This document shows positions 1 through 7,379 of a DNA stretch of 32,000 nt, piece by piece. The stretch comes from Pyrolobus fumarii 1A (GTDB lineage: Archaea; Thermoproteota; Thermoprotei_A; Sulfolobales; Pyrodictiaceae). Every line of letters begins with the position of its first letter. Position 1 is the stretch's first letter. The position numbers and the translations under genes are program-made. The stretch is from positions 1,710,001 to 1,742,000 of the forward strand of contig NC_015931.1 of NCBI RefSeq assembly GCF_000223395.1, given 5' to 3'. The notes beneath the pieces were generated by a model. That model was not told where the DNA came from. It saw only the letters and a list, made by a program, of their open reading frames with translations, and searched no databases.

Positions 1-162
1 CTTCATAACCCGGCTATAGACCGCGAAGAGCTCGAGCACCACAAGCTGTGATGCTACTAGCCCGCGGCTCCGGAGCCTTGCAACGAGCCTCTCTGCAGCC
101 TCGTGCAGAGGGTCCCTCCTGTTAACATATGACACTACGACGTTCGTATCCACGTATATCAA
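1..162 (-). CDS. vapC: PIN-domain toxin (VapC-like), N-terminal part only; the gene continues past the left window edge
   Basis: Minus-strand translation from TTG 162-160 reads M-IYVDTNVVVSYVNRRDPLHEAAERLVARLRSRGLVASQLVVLELFAVYSRVMK... It has the hhhDTN first acidic PIN motif and a later LELF glutamate. The start overlaps the stop of the upstream antitoxin ORF by 4 nt (TTGA). It is absent from the ORF track because it is truncated by the window edge. Confidence 0.6.
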   Translation of the reverse strand, partial: MIYVDTNVVVSYVNRRDPLHEAAERLVARLRSRGLVASQLVVLELFAVYSRVMK

Positions 163-413
163 CGGGCTCGCTCCTCCTCCACATCCTTTACAGTTGGCAG
201 GTCAGTGTAGGGGAGACCATTCTTCATGAACTCCTCGACAAGCCTCCTCACAGCCTTCCTGCGCTCCACTAGCCTCTTCACCTCCCGCAACCCCATCTCT
301 ATCATCATGTTATACGCGTGGTTCCTGCTACGTGCCAACCCCAGCCTAACCATCTCCTCAGCAAGCTCGGCAATCTCCCGGCGAACCTTGATCGTAACAG
401 CTACGAGTGTCAT
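159..413 (-). CDS. vapB: Ribbon-helix-helix antitoxin (VapB-like) paired with the PIN gene at 1-162
   Basis: The track ORF is 159..509. The likely start is ATG 413-411, giving MTLVAVTIKVRREIAELAEEMVRLGLARSRNHAYNMMIEMGL, a beta strand plus two helices (RHH pattern). It has a 4-nt stop/start overlap with the downstream PIN ORF. The start could be as far upstream as 509. Confidence 0.55.
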   Translation of the reverse strand: MTLVAVTIKVRREIAELAEEMVRLGLARSRNHAYNMMIEMGLREVKRLVERRKAVRRLVEEFMKNGLPYTDLPTVKDVEEERAR

Positions 414-789
414 AAGACGGTGCACCCAGGGTACACCTAGGGTATCCCCACTAGCTATCAACCTTCCCGCTTGCTCAACAGGCGACGCATACCTGGCAAG
501 CTGGACCAAGGCATTAAGAGGCGCTTAGGGCTCGGAAAACGCTCGAGACATAACAATCATTTTAGCCCTCATGAAGCATACCCTAATTTCAGTCGTAACA
601 TAACTGTAGCTTACTAGCTACTGCCTCTGATGTCGCGTTGAGGAAGGCTATATAGTCTATGGTGTGGCATGCTTCGCTCCGCTTGACGCGTAGTTTAACT
701 TGGGCTACGCATCTAGGGTCGTAGAGGGCTGAGGCTTACGTTGACTATATGTTTGTCTGCTTGTTAGGAGACTGTGTGAGGAAAAGTCT

Positions 790-955
790 CGTCTTGTTGT
801 CGTCGAGCATCTCATGCTATCGGTTTGTTTGGAGGCGTCTTCCTCGGAGTGCGTCAGGGGGTGGAGCAGTAGTCTCGAAGATACGTTGTCCTCTTGGAAT
901 TGTGTTGTTAGAATCTATCGGAGTCTCGTTATCTCGCTTTTGCCTTGCCCATGGC
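790..955 (+). repeat. GT-rich intergenic element, copy 1 of a dispersed family
   Basis: It shares the exact 11-mer GTCTCGTTATC (923-933) and the 9-mer TTTGCCTTG (939-947) with 2239-2249 and 2320-2328, in the same order and orientation. A 40-nt sample I counted at 741-780 was about 70 percent G+T. No credible coding frame. Confidence 0.4.
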
Positions 956-1212
956 CTCGATAGTCAGGGAGAGTTGATGCACTGAAAATCAGCCACGGGA
1001 GTGAAGGCGCACTCAATCCTTCAATAAACAACTTGAAACACGTGCAGCCCAAGACGATACCGCCAACAATTACCGCCAAGCAACCATTCAAAAATCAAGT
1101 CATACTCGACACAACAAATCTTTATATCGCCTACCTATACCCGCAACTGCTTCTGACAACCCATCTGGTTTAGCTTGTGTCCGAGTTAAAGCTGGACTAG
1201 ACGCTTCTAAGG

Positions 1213-1655
1213 TTAGGGAATCACCCGGAGCCAGGGTACTCTCTTGAAATCTTCGTCAAAGGTTAGGATCGTGTCTATGCCGTAGTGTCTACACGTTAGG
1301 GCTATGATTGCATCGCTTGGAAGCAGCCTATAATTTAGCAGGGTCTCGTAGAGCTCCTGCTCGGTGTAGACGCTCGGCACTATCCTTATCTCTAGCCTTC
1401 TAATCAGCTCTTTAACCGCATTGACAACCTCTCTTGGATAGCCGTGCTTCTTTATCCACCTCCTTACAGAGTACAATCCTTTCACTCCATGCTTACGTTC
1501 TAGGTAGTGTACCGTAGAAACATGGATTATCTCATTGTGAACTGTATAATCGATGGTATAGTCTCAGGGTTTTCCTCTAAAAGTGTCAACACTTCCTCCA
1601 TTCTAGGCGTCTTGTGGAGGATATGATATAATATGCTGGTGTCCAGGAAGATCAC
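1213..1655 (-). pseudogene. vapC: PIN-domain toxin (VapC-like) interrupted by a single frameshift
   Basis: The GTG start at 1655-1653 overlaps the antitoxin stop (GTGA). The N-terminal frame reads VIFLDTSILYHILHKTPRMEEVLTLLEENPE..., then a stop at 1527-1529. A second frame, open from 1563, reads DYTIDYTVHNEIIHVSTVHYLERKHGVKGLYSV... and continues into track ORF 1213..1485 (...LLPSDAIIALTCRHYGIDTILTFDEDFKRV). All four PIN acidic positions (DTS, NEI, SDA, FDED) are recovered only if the frames are joined between about 1527 and 1563. Confidence 0.65.
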
Positions 1656-1849
1656 AGCTGCCAAGCCTCCTCTAGATATCTCTCCAGCTCCTCATCGTTA
1701 GACTCTCCGAGAACTCCGATTAAATCCCTCAGCTTCTCTCTTAGACTCCTCTCGATCCTCACCTTCACCTCCTCACCCTCCCTCAACTCAACATGCTCTA
1801 AGAGTTTTAACACGCCCTTCTCATACTTGGCCTTAACAACTCTAGACAA
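1652..1849 (-). CDS. Small antitoxin of the DUF104/AF2212-like type, paired with the frameshifted PIN gene
   Basis: The track ORF is 1652..1903. The probable TTG start at 1849 gives M-SRVVKAKYEKGVLKLLEHVELREGEEVKVRIE..., the pattern I recognise from small archaeal PIN-associated antitoxins. It has a 4-nt overlap with the PIN start. Confidence 0.5.
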   Translation of the reverse strand: MSRVVKAKYEKGVLKLLEHVELREGEEVKVRIERSLREKLRDLIGVLGESNDEELERYLEEAWQL

Positions 1850-2234
1850 TTCAACCCCCACTATCTCACAGTTGCTAATACCAATACGCCTTACCAGCCA
1901 CACGGGAAACGATCAGATTATATGGGTTGAGACGAGGCAGCGAACACACTGACACCGTACTACTCTACACTGTGGGCAAAGCCAGGCTACAGGGTAGTGG
2001 TGTAGCCGAGAGTACGAAGTATTAACGTCAACGTGAAACACCTAACCGAGTTGTAGGACTATGCCCTAGTCACCGGCAGCAACAAGAGCTGCAGCAACAT
2101 ACACCCGCTTGAACTGGAGATAGTCTGAAACCTAATGTCAAAGGACAAATCAGAAGCGTTAAAGATCGAGATGAGTGGAACATCTACATTACCACCAGGA
2201 ACATACACCGTTAAACTGGTTGGGTTCTAGCGTG

Positions 2235-2367
2235 CAGGGTCTCGTTATCCTCGTGGTGTGATGTTATCGTGTTCTGCTGTTCTCCGGGCTTCCCTGCTAG
2301 CATGGTTATGGGGTTCCGGTTTGCCTTGGATGGTCTTGTCGTGTTGTTGTCTGTTGGTGTCTGGTGG
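2235..2367 (+). repeat. GT-rich intergenic element, copy 2 of a dispersed family
   Basis: Four blocks are colinear with the inverted copy at 19215-19359: TGCTAGC 2295-2301, GGTTTGCC 2318-2325, GGTCTTGT 2332-2339 and CTGTTGGTGT 2351-2360. Two further blocks are shared with copy 1 (2239-2249 and 2320-2328). Confidence 0.5.
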
Positions 2368-2373
2368 GCGCAG

Positions 2374-3507
2374 CTATCGTAGTATGGCTAGTGTTGCCAT
2401 GGCGGCAGCTGATAGTAGTGTGATGTAGAGGGCTTCGCTGGTGTCTATCATGTTCTCGTGTGCTAGGCTTCTCTTAGCCACCCATAGTAGTGTGGCTATC
2501 ATTGCGAGCATGTATACCATGAAGGCGTCTAGTGCTACGTAGCCTGCTAGCACGATGTACGCCAGGGGGTAGACCATGAGTAGTGCGGTTGACGTGGCGG
2601 CCAGTAGGCCTCCGGCCGCTTCTCTAGCCTTGCCCTTCTTCGCCGCGATTAGTGCGAGGGCGGCCTCTGGGCTGCTGCTCGCGATGCCGACTGCTAGCGC
2701 CGCCTCGCCGAGATGCTCTATGTGCAGCTCGTGTAGCATCTCTTCGACTGCGCTTGCCATCCCCTCCGCCGCCCAGACCATGCCCAACACGCCGCCAACG
2801 AGCATCAGCGCCCAGTAGCGCGGCACGTGTCCGGCCTCGCCCCTGCCGAGTCCGCTCTTCACTGCGTGCGCCAGGTAGTACACCCAGAAGAGGAGCTGTG
2901 CTATGAGCAGAGAGTATGGGGTTGGCACTTCTCCCCGCGACATGCTAGCCTCTATCACGGCGTAGCCCGCTAGTAGTGCGGTGGCGGCGACCGCGACCCT
3001 CATGAGCGGCAGCTCTATCCTAAGCACGTCATTCTCGAGGCCTACACCCCCAGCCCTCAGCGCCACTATCCCGAGAACCACGAGGTTAAAGGATGCGCTG
3101 ACGAGCACGGATAGGAGGGCCAGCTCTGTGAGCCACGCGTTGCCCTCCGAGGCGCCCTTGAGCCCGAGTGCTAGCGCCGCGAAGAGCTCCGGAGTCACAG
3201 CCATGCTGTTGACCAGTACGCTCGAAGAGTACCCACTAAGCCGCAGCCTCGCCGAGAGACCCTCGACGCCATAGACCGTCACCTCGCCCAGAGCAGCGAT
3301 GAGCAGCAATGCGCCACCCATCGCCACTATACTAGAGTGCACGACTCCGCCAGCAGCATACAGCGCAAACCCCATCACGAGCAATAGACTCAAAAGCCTA
3401 ACATTCAAGCCGGGCACCGTCCACAACGCCAACCAGACCGGATATAAACAGTTAATACGCAACCTAGACGGGCAACAGGATGGTAACATAGCTGGTTGTA
3501 CCATCAC
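2374..3507 (-). CDS. Polytopic membrane protein, Ca2+/cation antiporter (CaCA, Na+/Ca2+ exchanger-like) family
   Basis: The 377-aa ORF is very hydrophobic. It has two alpha-repeat-like segments, LVNSMAVTPELFAALALGLKG and AVGIASSSPEAALALIAAKKG, which resemble the GxSxPE signature of CaCA exchangers. The true start may lie downstream of 3507. Confidence 0.5.
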   Translation of the reverse strand: MMVQPAMLPSCCPSRLRINCLYPVWLALWTVPGLNVRLLSLLLVMGFALYAAGGVVHSSIVAMGGALLLIAALGEVTVYGVEGLSARLRLSGYSSSVLVNSMAVTPELFAALALGLKGASEGNAWLTELALLSVLVSASFNLVVLGIVALRAGGVGLENDVLRIELPLMRVAVAATALLAGYAVIEASMSRGEVPTPYSLLIAQLLFWVYYLAHAVKSGLGRGEAGHVPRYWALMLVGGVLGMVWAAEGMASAVEEMLHELHIEHLGEAALAVGIASSSPEAALALIAAKKGKAREAAGGLLAATSTALLMVYPLAYIVLAGYVALDAFMVYMLAMIATLLWVAKRSLAHENMIDTSEALYITLLSAAAMATLAILR

Positions 3508-3534
3508 GGCGACCCAGCCCGGTATGGCAATGAA

Positions 3535-4767
3535 TCACGACTGTGACGCGTGTGCCAGCGGCCTCCTCAAGATGCATGCTAGGAGGAGTACGGCATTGAA
3601 GCCGAGAATGAGGTGCAACATACCCTCAATCGTGTTGAAGCCTAGCATCCCGCCCAATACGGGTACCGCGAGTGCGGCTAGGCTGGCCGTGCTGAATAGC
3701 AGGCTGTTTACCGTGGCCCTGAGCCTCCCGTCGATGAACCTCTGGAGGTATGTGAAGAGCAGCGGTCTGTACACCCTCGGTATCAACATCAACAAGAGAA
3801 ACACTATGATGCTCGTAACGAGGGTATCACCCACCACCAACAGTGGTGTAACTGCGCAGAGGGCTATGGCTGGCAGGGCTACCGATGCGAGGGCGTCCCC
3901 CGTATGCTGCCCCGAGAGGCGCAAGGTGAGATGCGCCAATAGCAGCGCAGTCGTACCAGCAACAGTGTACAACACCGCTTCGAGCATAGCGTGGCTCCCA
4001 GGCAGCCACTTGTAGAGTAGCAATATAGACGATGGGGCTAGCACATAGCCAGTCACGACTATAGCATAGATAGCCAGCACTGCCGGGAGACTCTCCCCAC
4101 GGCTAAAGAGTTTTGCAAAATCCGCGGCAGCCCGCCAAAACCCCGGGTATCTCCCGTCACCGCCCCTCGCACTACTCTGGTAGTGTCTCACATCCTCCAT
4201 AAACACGAGCGACACGACAAACATCACGAACAATACTAGAATCGAGGCTATGACCGGCAGCTGAGGATCATACGCTGCTAACACTTCTCCAAATACCAGG
4301 AATAACCCCGCAGCAACTAGCGAGAAGAGCTCGCCGCGGATCAACACCCTAGCTACTCTCTCCTCGCCTCTCTCCTTCAAGGCCTCGTACACAATCACCT
4401 CGGGGTTTAAACCTCGGAAAGCAAGGCCAAGCTTATAGACCGCATCTGCTATCACGAGCCTAGCCGGGCTCTTGTCTATCACGTATGCGAGAACACCCGC
4501 CTTGAAGAATAGGAGCGCTAGGAGCCACGAGCCTTTCCTCGATACACGGTCGGCTACCAGGTAAGCAGCCAGAGGCTGAAGGACTATCGTGAAAACCGCG
4601 AAGATAGCGAGAACGACGTGCATGCCATGCATGAGGTCTAGAAGGCTAGCGCTCACCCCAGGCTCAGCAAGGTAGAGCGAGTAAACCGGTATGACAATGT
4701 ATAAGGGATTAATCACCGAGAAGTAGTATGCTATTTCTTGTCTGCGCTCCTTGCTTATCGGCAACAA
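3535..4767 (-). CDS. Major facilitator superfamily-like transporter
   Basis: The 410-aa ORF has about 10-12 hydrophobic spans. The LVADRVSRKGSWLLALL segment resembles MFS motif A (G-x-L-A-D-R-x-G-R-K). It lies 27 nt upstream of the CaCA gene on the same strand. Confidence 0.5.
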   Translation of the reverse strand: MLPISKERRQEIAYYFSVINPLYIVIPVYSLYLAEPGVSASLLDLMHGMHVVLAIFAVFTIVLQPLAAYLVADRVSRKGSWLLALLFFKAGVLAYVIDKSPARLVIADAVYKLGLAFRGLNPEVIVYEALKERGEERVARVLIRGELFSLVAAGLFLVFGEVLAAYDPQLPVIASILVLFVMFVVSLVFMEDVRHYQSSARGGDGRYPGFWRAAADFAKLFSRGESLPAVLAIYAIVVTGYVLAPSSILLLYKWLPGSHAMLEAVLYTVAGTTALLLAHLTLRLSGQHTGDALASVALPAIALCAVTPLLVVGDTLVTSIIVFLLLMLIPRVYRPLLFTYLQRFIDGRLRATVNSLLFSTASLAALAVPVLGGMLGFNTIEGMLHLILGFNAVLLLACILRRPLAHASQS

Positions 4768-4955
4768 TCATACCCGATTATCACCCGTAAAGATGGGGAC
4801 ATAGCCTTTTTGCAGCATATATGGTCGCTATCTAGGCGCGACACCCGCATGACTGCAGGAGCATAGTGCTAGCACTAACATGGTATGCCAAGCCTATACG
4901 CCTTGCACCGTCTGTTTTAGAGTTAGCTTAGAGCGTCTAGCGTTGTCCAGACCCT

Positions 4956-5984
4956 CTAGTCTTCGCGGTACAGGTAGGTCTCGCTGCCCACCCTCCGGGC
5001 TTTTACGACGCCGGTCTCTACAAGCTCGCGGAGTGTGTCCTCGGGGTTCTCTACCCCGGCTTCACGTAGAGCCTCGACTGCCTCGCTCCACGATAGTATG
5101 TGCGTCGATACTATCTCGGCTAGGGATTCGCCTGGCTTGCTCGGGTCTATCCTTGGTGGTCTCAGGCCCCTACCTGTGAGCACCTCCACCCGGTGGCCCG
5201 ATACTCTCTCGAGTATGCTTGCGAACCTGAGCACCCTCTCGGGGGCGGGTGGGTTTACCCAACGAGCCCAGCCAGGCCGGAAAGGTGTGTTCACAGCGAC
5301 GCTTGTAACCCCCAACTCGCGTATAACGCTGCCGAGTCTAGCCGCGTCCTCCGGGGAGTCATTAACCCCGTCTACGAGCATAACCTCCAAGTGGAAGCTC
5401 TTGGCGGCCCTCGAGGCGAGCCACAACCCCTCCACGAACTCCTCCGCGTTGAGCGGCGCAGCGGGGTTGTGCAACACCCTCCACTTATCCTCATCAACGC
5501 TGGTTATCGTCGCCTTGATGTAGTCGGCCTCACTCACCTCGAACGCCACACCCCTATTGAACAAGCTACCATTGCTCAACACCGCGACGCGTACGCCCAC
5601 CTCGCTCTTGAGGAGCTCGACTACCCTACCGATGTTCGAGGCTAGCGTCGGCTCGCCGATACCAACAAGGGTAACGTAGTCCGTGTGTACGCTCCTCACC
5701 TTCTCAAGCACCTTCTCGACTACGACCCTCTCCTCGATCCAACGTCTCCTCTCGACGACAGGCTGGGCGTAACCCAGGTAACAGTAGACACAGTTCCACG
5801 TGCACGTCTTGAAAGGCACGAGGTTGACTCCTAGGCTCCAGCCGAGCCTCCTCGAGTACACCGGGCCGAAGACGATGGGCTCGACACGCGAGCTACACGC
5901 ACCCCGAGGTCTGGGGTGTACAGGGTGGGTGTACGAGAGGCTAATCGGGCTAACGCGACGCCATGCAAAACACCGAGCAATCAA
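4956..5984 (-). CDS. Radical SAM enzyme (GPVxSRRLGxSLG-type family) with a winged-helix-like C-terminal tail
   Basis: VFGPVYSRRLGWSLGVNLVPFKTCTWNCVYCYLG carries the CxxxCxxC radical SAM cluster motif. GIGEPTL is a glycine-rich SAM-binding motif. The C-terminal LRELVETGVVKARRVGSETYLY resembles a wHTH recognition helix plus wing. Confidence 0.65.
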   Translation of the reverse strand: MIARCFAWRRVSPISLSYTHPVHPRPRGACSSRVEPIVFGPVYSRRLGWSLGVNLVPFKTCTWNCVYCYLGYAQPVVERRRWIEERVVVEKVLEKVRSVHTDYVTLVGIGEPTLASNIGRVVELLKSEVGVRVAVLSNGSLFNRGVAFEVSEADYIKATITSVDEDKWRVLHNPAAPLNAEEFVEGLWLASRAAKSFHLEVMLVDGVNDSPEDAARLGSVIRELGVTSVAVNTPFRPGWARWVNPPAPERVLRFASILERVSGHRVEVLTGRGLRPPRIDPSKPGESLAEIVSTHILSWSEAVEALREAGVENPEDTLRELVETGVVKARRVGSETYLYRED

Positions 5985-6072
5985 CGCCTATCGCGTCCTT
6001 ATGGTGGTGAGGGAGGCGTGCCAGCTCCTCCCGGTAAAAGGCGTGTGGCGGTGCGTGTACCGTTCTCCCTCG

Positions 6073-6855
6073 CTACGTGTATAGTAGTGGTGGTTGGTAC
6101 TCGTAGCCTCTGCGCATCTCGCTAAGCGCCTGCCTAGTCTGCTTCATGAGCTCCTTCATGCGCAGCCTTATCATCTCGGCCTCCTCTAGGAGCTTCTTTA
6201 CGTCAACCTCTTTCCCAATCGCCTTGGAGAGCACCTGGAGCACTGCGGCTGCGGCCTCCGGGTCCGGGAAGTCCATGAAGGCCTCCGCGAGGAGTATGAG
6301 GTTGTTCACGCGCTTCCTCACGGCTTCCTTGAGGACTAGAGCGTAGGGGCCGACGAGGTACCCGTCGTTCATCATCTTGACGCCCAGCTTCTCTGCCAGG
6401 CTCTTAGCCTCGTCGCTGCTTGCCAGCCAGTAGACGCTCGGCTTCTCGATTTCGAGCCTGTTCGGCGCCGCGAGGCCAACGATGGAGACGAGATAGTCTA
6501 TTGACATTCTCCTCGCATACTCGATTATGAACTCGGAGAGCGTGTTTATAGCCGCGGGTGGTATCGCGGTCTCCGCGACGAGCACTATGATGTTATCCTT
6601 GTGGAATAGGCGTAGGGGTGGCCTCGGCGCCCCCTTGTTTATCACCGCTATCGGCGGCATGAGCTTGGGGCTGTCTATCCCCCCATACTCCTCCATGCCT
6701 AGCGTGCGGACGAGATGAGTAGATGCTATGACGCCGACGAGACCCGCATCCGGCAGCCCTAGTATCATAAAGCTAGGCTTCTCGACCCTCACCTGCTTAT
6801 ACTCTAGGTACACGAGGCCGTCATACTCTTCCTCGTAGATGGGGCGGTACGACAC
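6073..6855 (-). CDS. PAC2-family proteasome assembly chaperone (PbaB-like)
   Basis: FMILGLPDAGLVGVIASTHLV matches the PAC2/COG1938 N-terminal pattern (GlPGxGxVG). The C terminus ends in L-Y-T, which fits the HbYX proteasome-docking motif. Confidence 0.65.
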   Translation of the reverse strand: MSYRPIYEEEYDGLVYLEYKQVRVEKPSFMILGLPDAGLVGVIASTHLVRTLGMEEYGGIDSPKLMPPIAVINKGAPRPPLRLFHKDNIIVLVAETAIPPAAINTLSEFIIEYARRMSIDYLVSIVGLAAPNRLEIEKPSVYWLASSDEAKSLAEKLGVKMMNDGYLVGPYALVLKEAVRKRVNNLILLAEAFMDFPDPEAAAAVLQVLSKAIGKEVDVKKLLEEAEMIRLRMKELMKQTRQALSEMRRGYEYQPPLLYT

Positions 6856-7046
6856 CCTAAGCCCACACCCCCACAGTCTATACCACAGCGCCCCAAGAGA
6901 AGCGCATAGGTACAGACTGGCGGTAAAACAACCCGAGGCTCATACACCCGTCACCCACGACGCGCGCAAGGCGCACCACAACCTATGCTCCTCGGGGCAA
7001 ACCCATAGCCTGCCTCCCTTTGCAACGGCCCGGCTGGTGCAGCAAC

Positions 7047-7379
7047 ATGACCAGAGGGTGCGATATACTCGAGGAGCTTGAGGAGGTTGTACGCGAGCGT
7101 GACCGTCTCAGACCACGAGGCTCGTACACTGTCGAGCTTCTCGAGAAGGGCGTCGGGTTCGTCGCCAGGAAGGTTGGAGAGGAGGCTGTTGAGGCGGTTG
7201 TTGCCGCGCTTGACGAGACCCCGGAGAGGCTTACGGAGGAGGTAGCCGACCTCCTCTACCATCTAACCGTCCTGCTCTACCTCCGGGGCGTCTCGTGGAG
7301 AAAGGTATTCGAGGTGCTGGATGCGAGGAGGCGTGGGGCGCAGCGTGGCGACAAGGATACTCGTGGTGGGCCTGGGTGA
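7047..7379 (+). CDS. hisE: Phosphoribosyl-ATP pyrophosphohydrolase (MazG-like all-alpha NTP pyrophosphatase)
   Basis: MTRGCDILEELEEVVRERDRLRPRGSYTVELLEKG...KVGEEAVEAVVAAL...EEVADLLYHLTVLL shows the SYT..L motif and two EExxE/D helices typical of HisE. I prefer the ATG at 7047 to the track start at 7020. Confidence 0.7.
   Translation: MTRGCDILEELEEVVRERDRLRPRGSYTVELLEKGVGFVARKVGEEAVEAVVAALDETPERLTEEVADLLYHLTVLLYLRGVSWRKVFEVLDARRRGAQRGDKDTRGGPG

Noticed and set aside
749-985. 78-aa ORF (MFVCLLGDCVRKSLVLLSSS...) in the first long spacer.
   Set aside because: Its composition simply reflects the GT-rich DNA (Val/Leu/Cys/Ser/Gly/Phe codons). It has no motif, and other frames of the same element are equally open. 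I treat it as part of the repeat element rather than as a gene.
1041-1173. Plus-strand frame reading ...QVILDTTNLYIAYLYPQLLLTTHLV*, reminiscent of a PIN N terminus (hhLDT).
   Set aside because: Only about 25 residues look PIN-like. There is no convincing start, no downstream PIN motifs before it runs into the converging vapC at 1213, and the match could easily be chance. At most it is a relic.
1527-1563. Programmed ribosomal frameshifting as an explanation for the split vapC, and likewise for the split pilin gene at 27322-27355.
   Set aside because: No X-XXY-YYZ slippery heptamer or obvious downstream stimulatory structure is visible at either site. A simple indel, whether real or from sequencing, is more parsimonious.
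3299-4015. 238-aa plus-strand ORF opposite the MFS transporter gene. Similar long antisense ORFs occur at 2981..3274, 5035..5523, 5193..5645, 17078..17659, 21214..21678, 21558..22052 and 26334..27071.
   Set aside because: They are Ser/Thr/Pro/Arg/Ala-rich and low in complexity, with no motifs. Each lies antisense to a gene with clear family signatures. This is the usual stop-poor shadow-frame artefact of GC-rich DNA.
6951-7262. 103-aa minus-strand ORF that overlaps hisE.
   Set aside because: It is antisense to a gene with clear HisE motifs and has no motif of its own.
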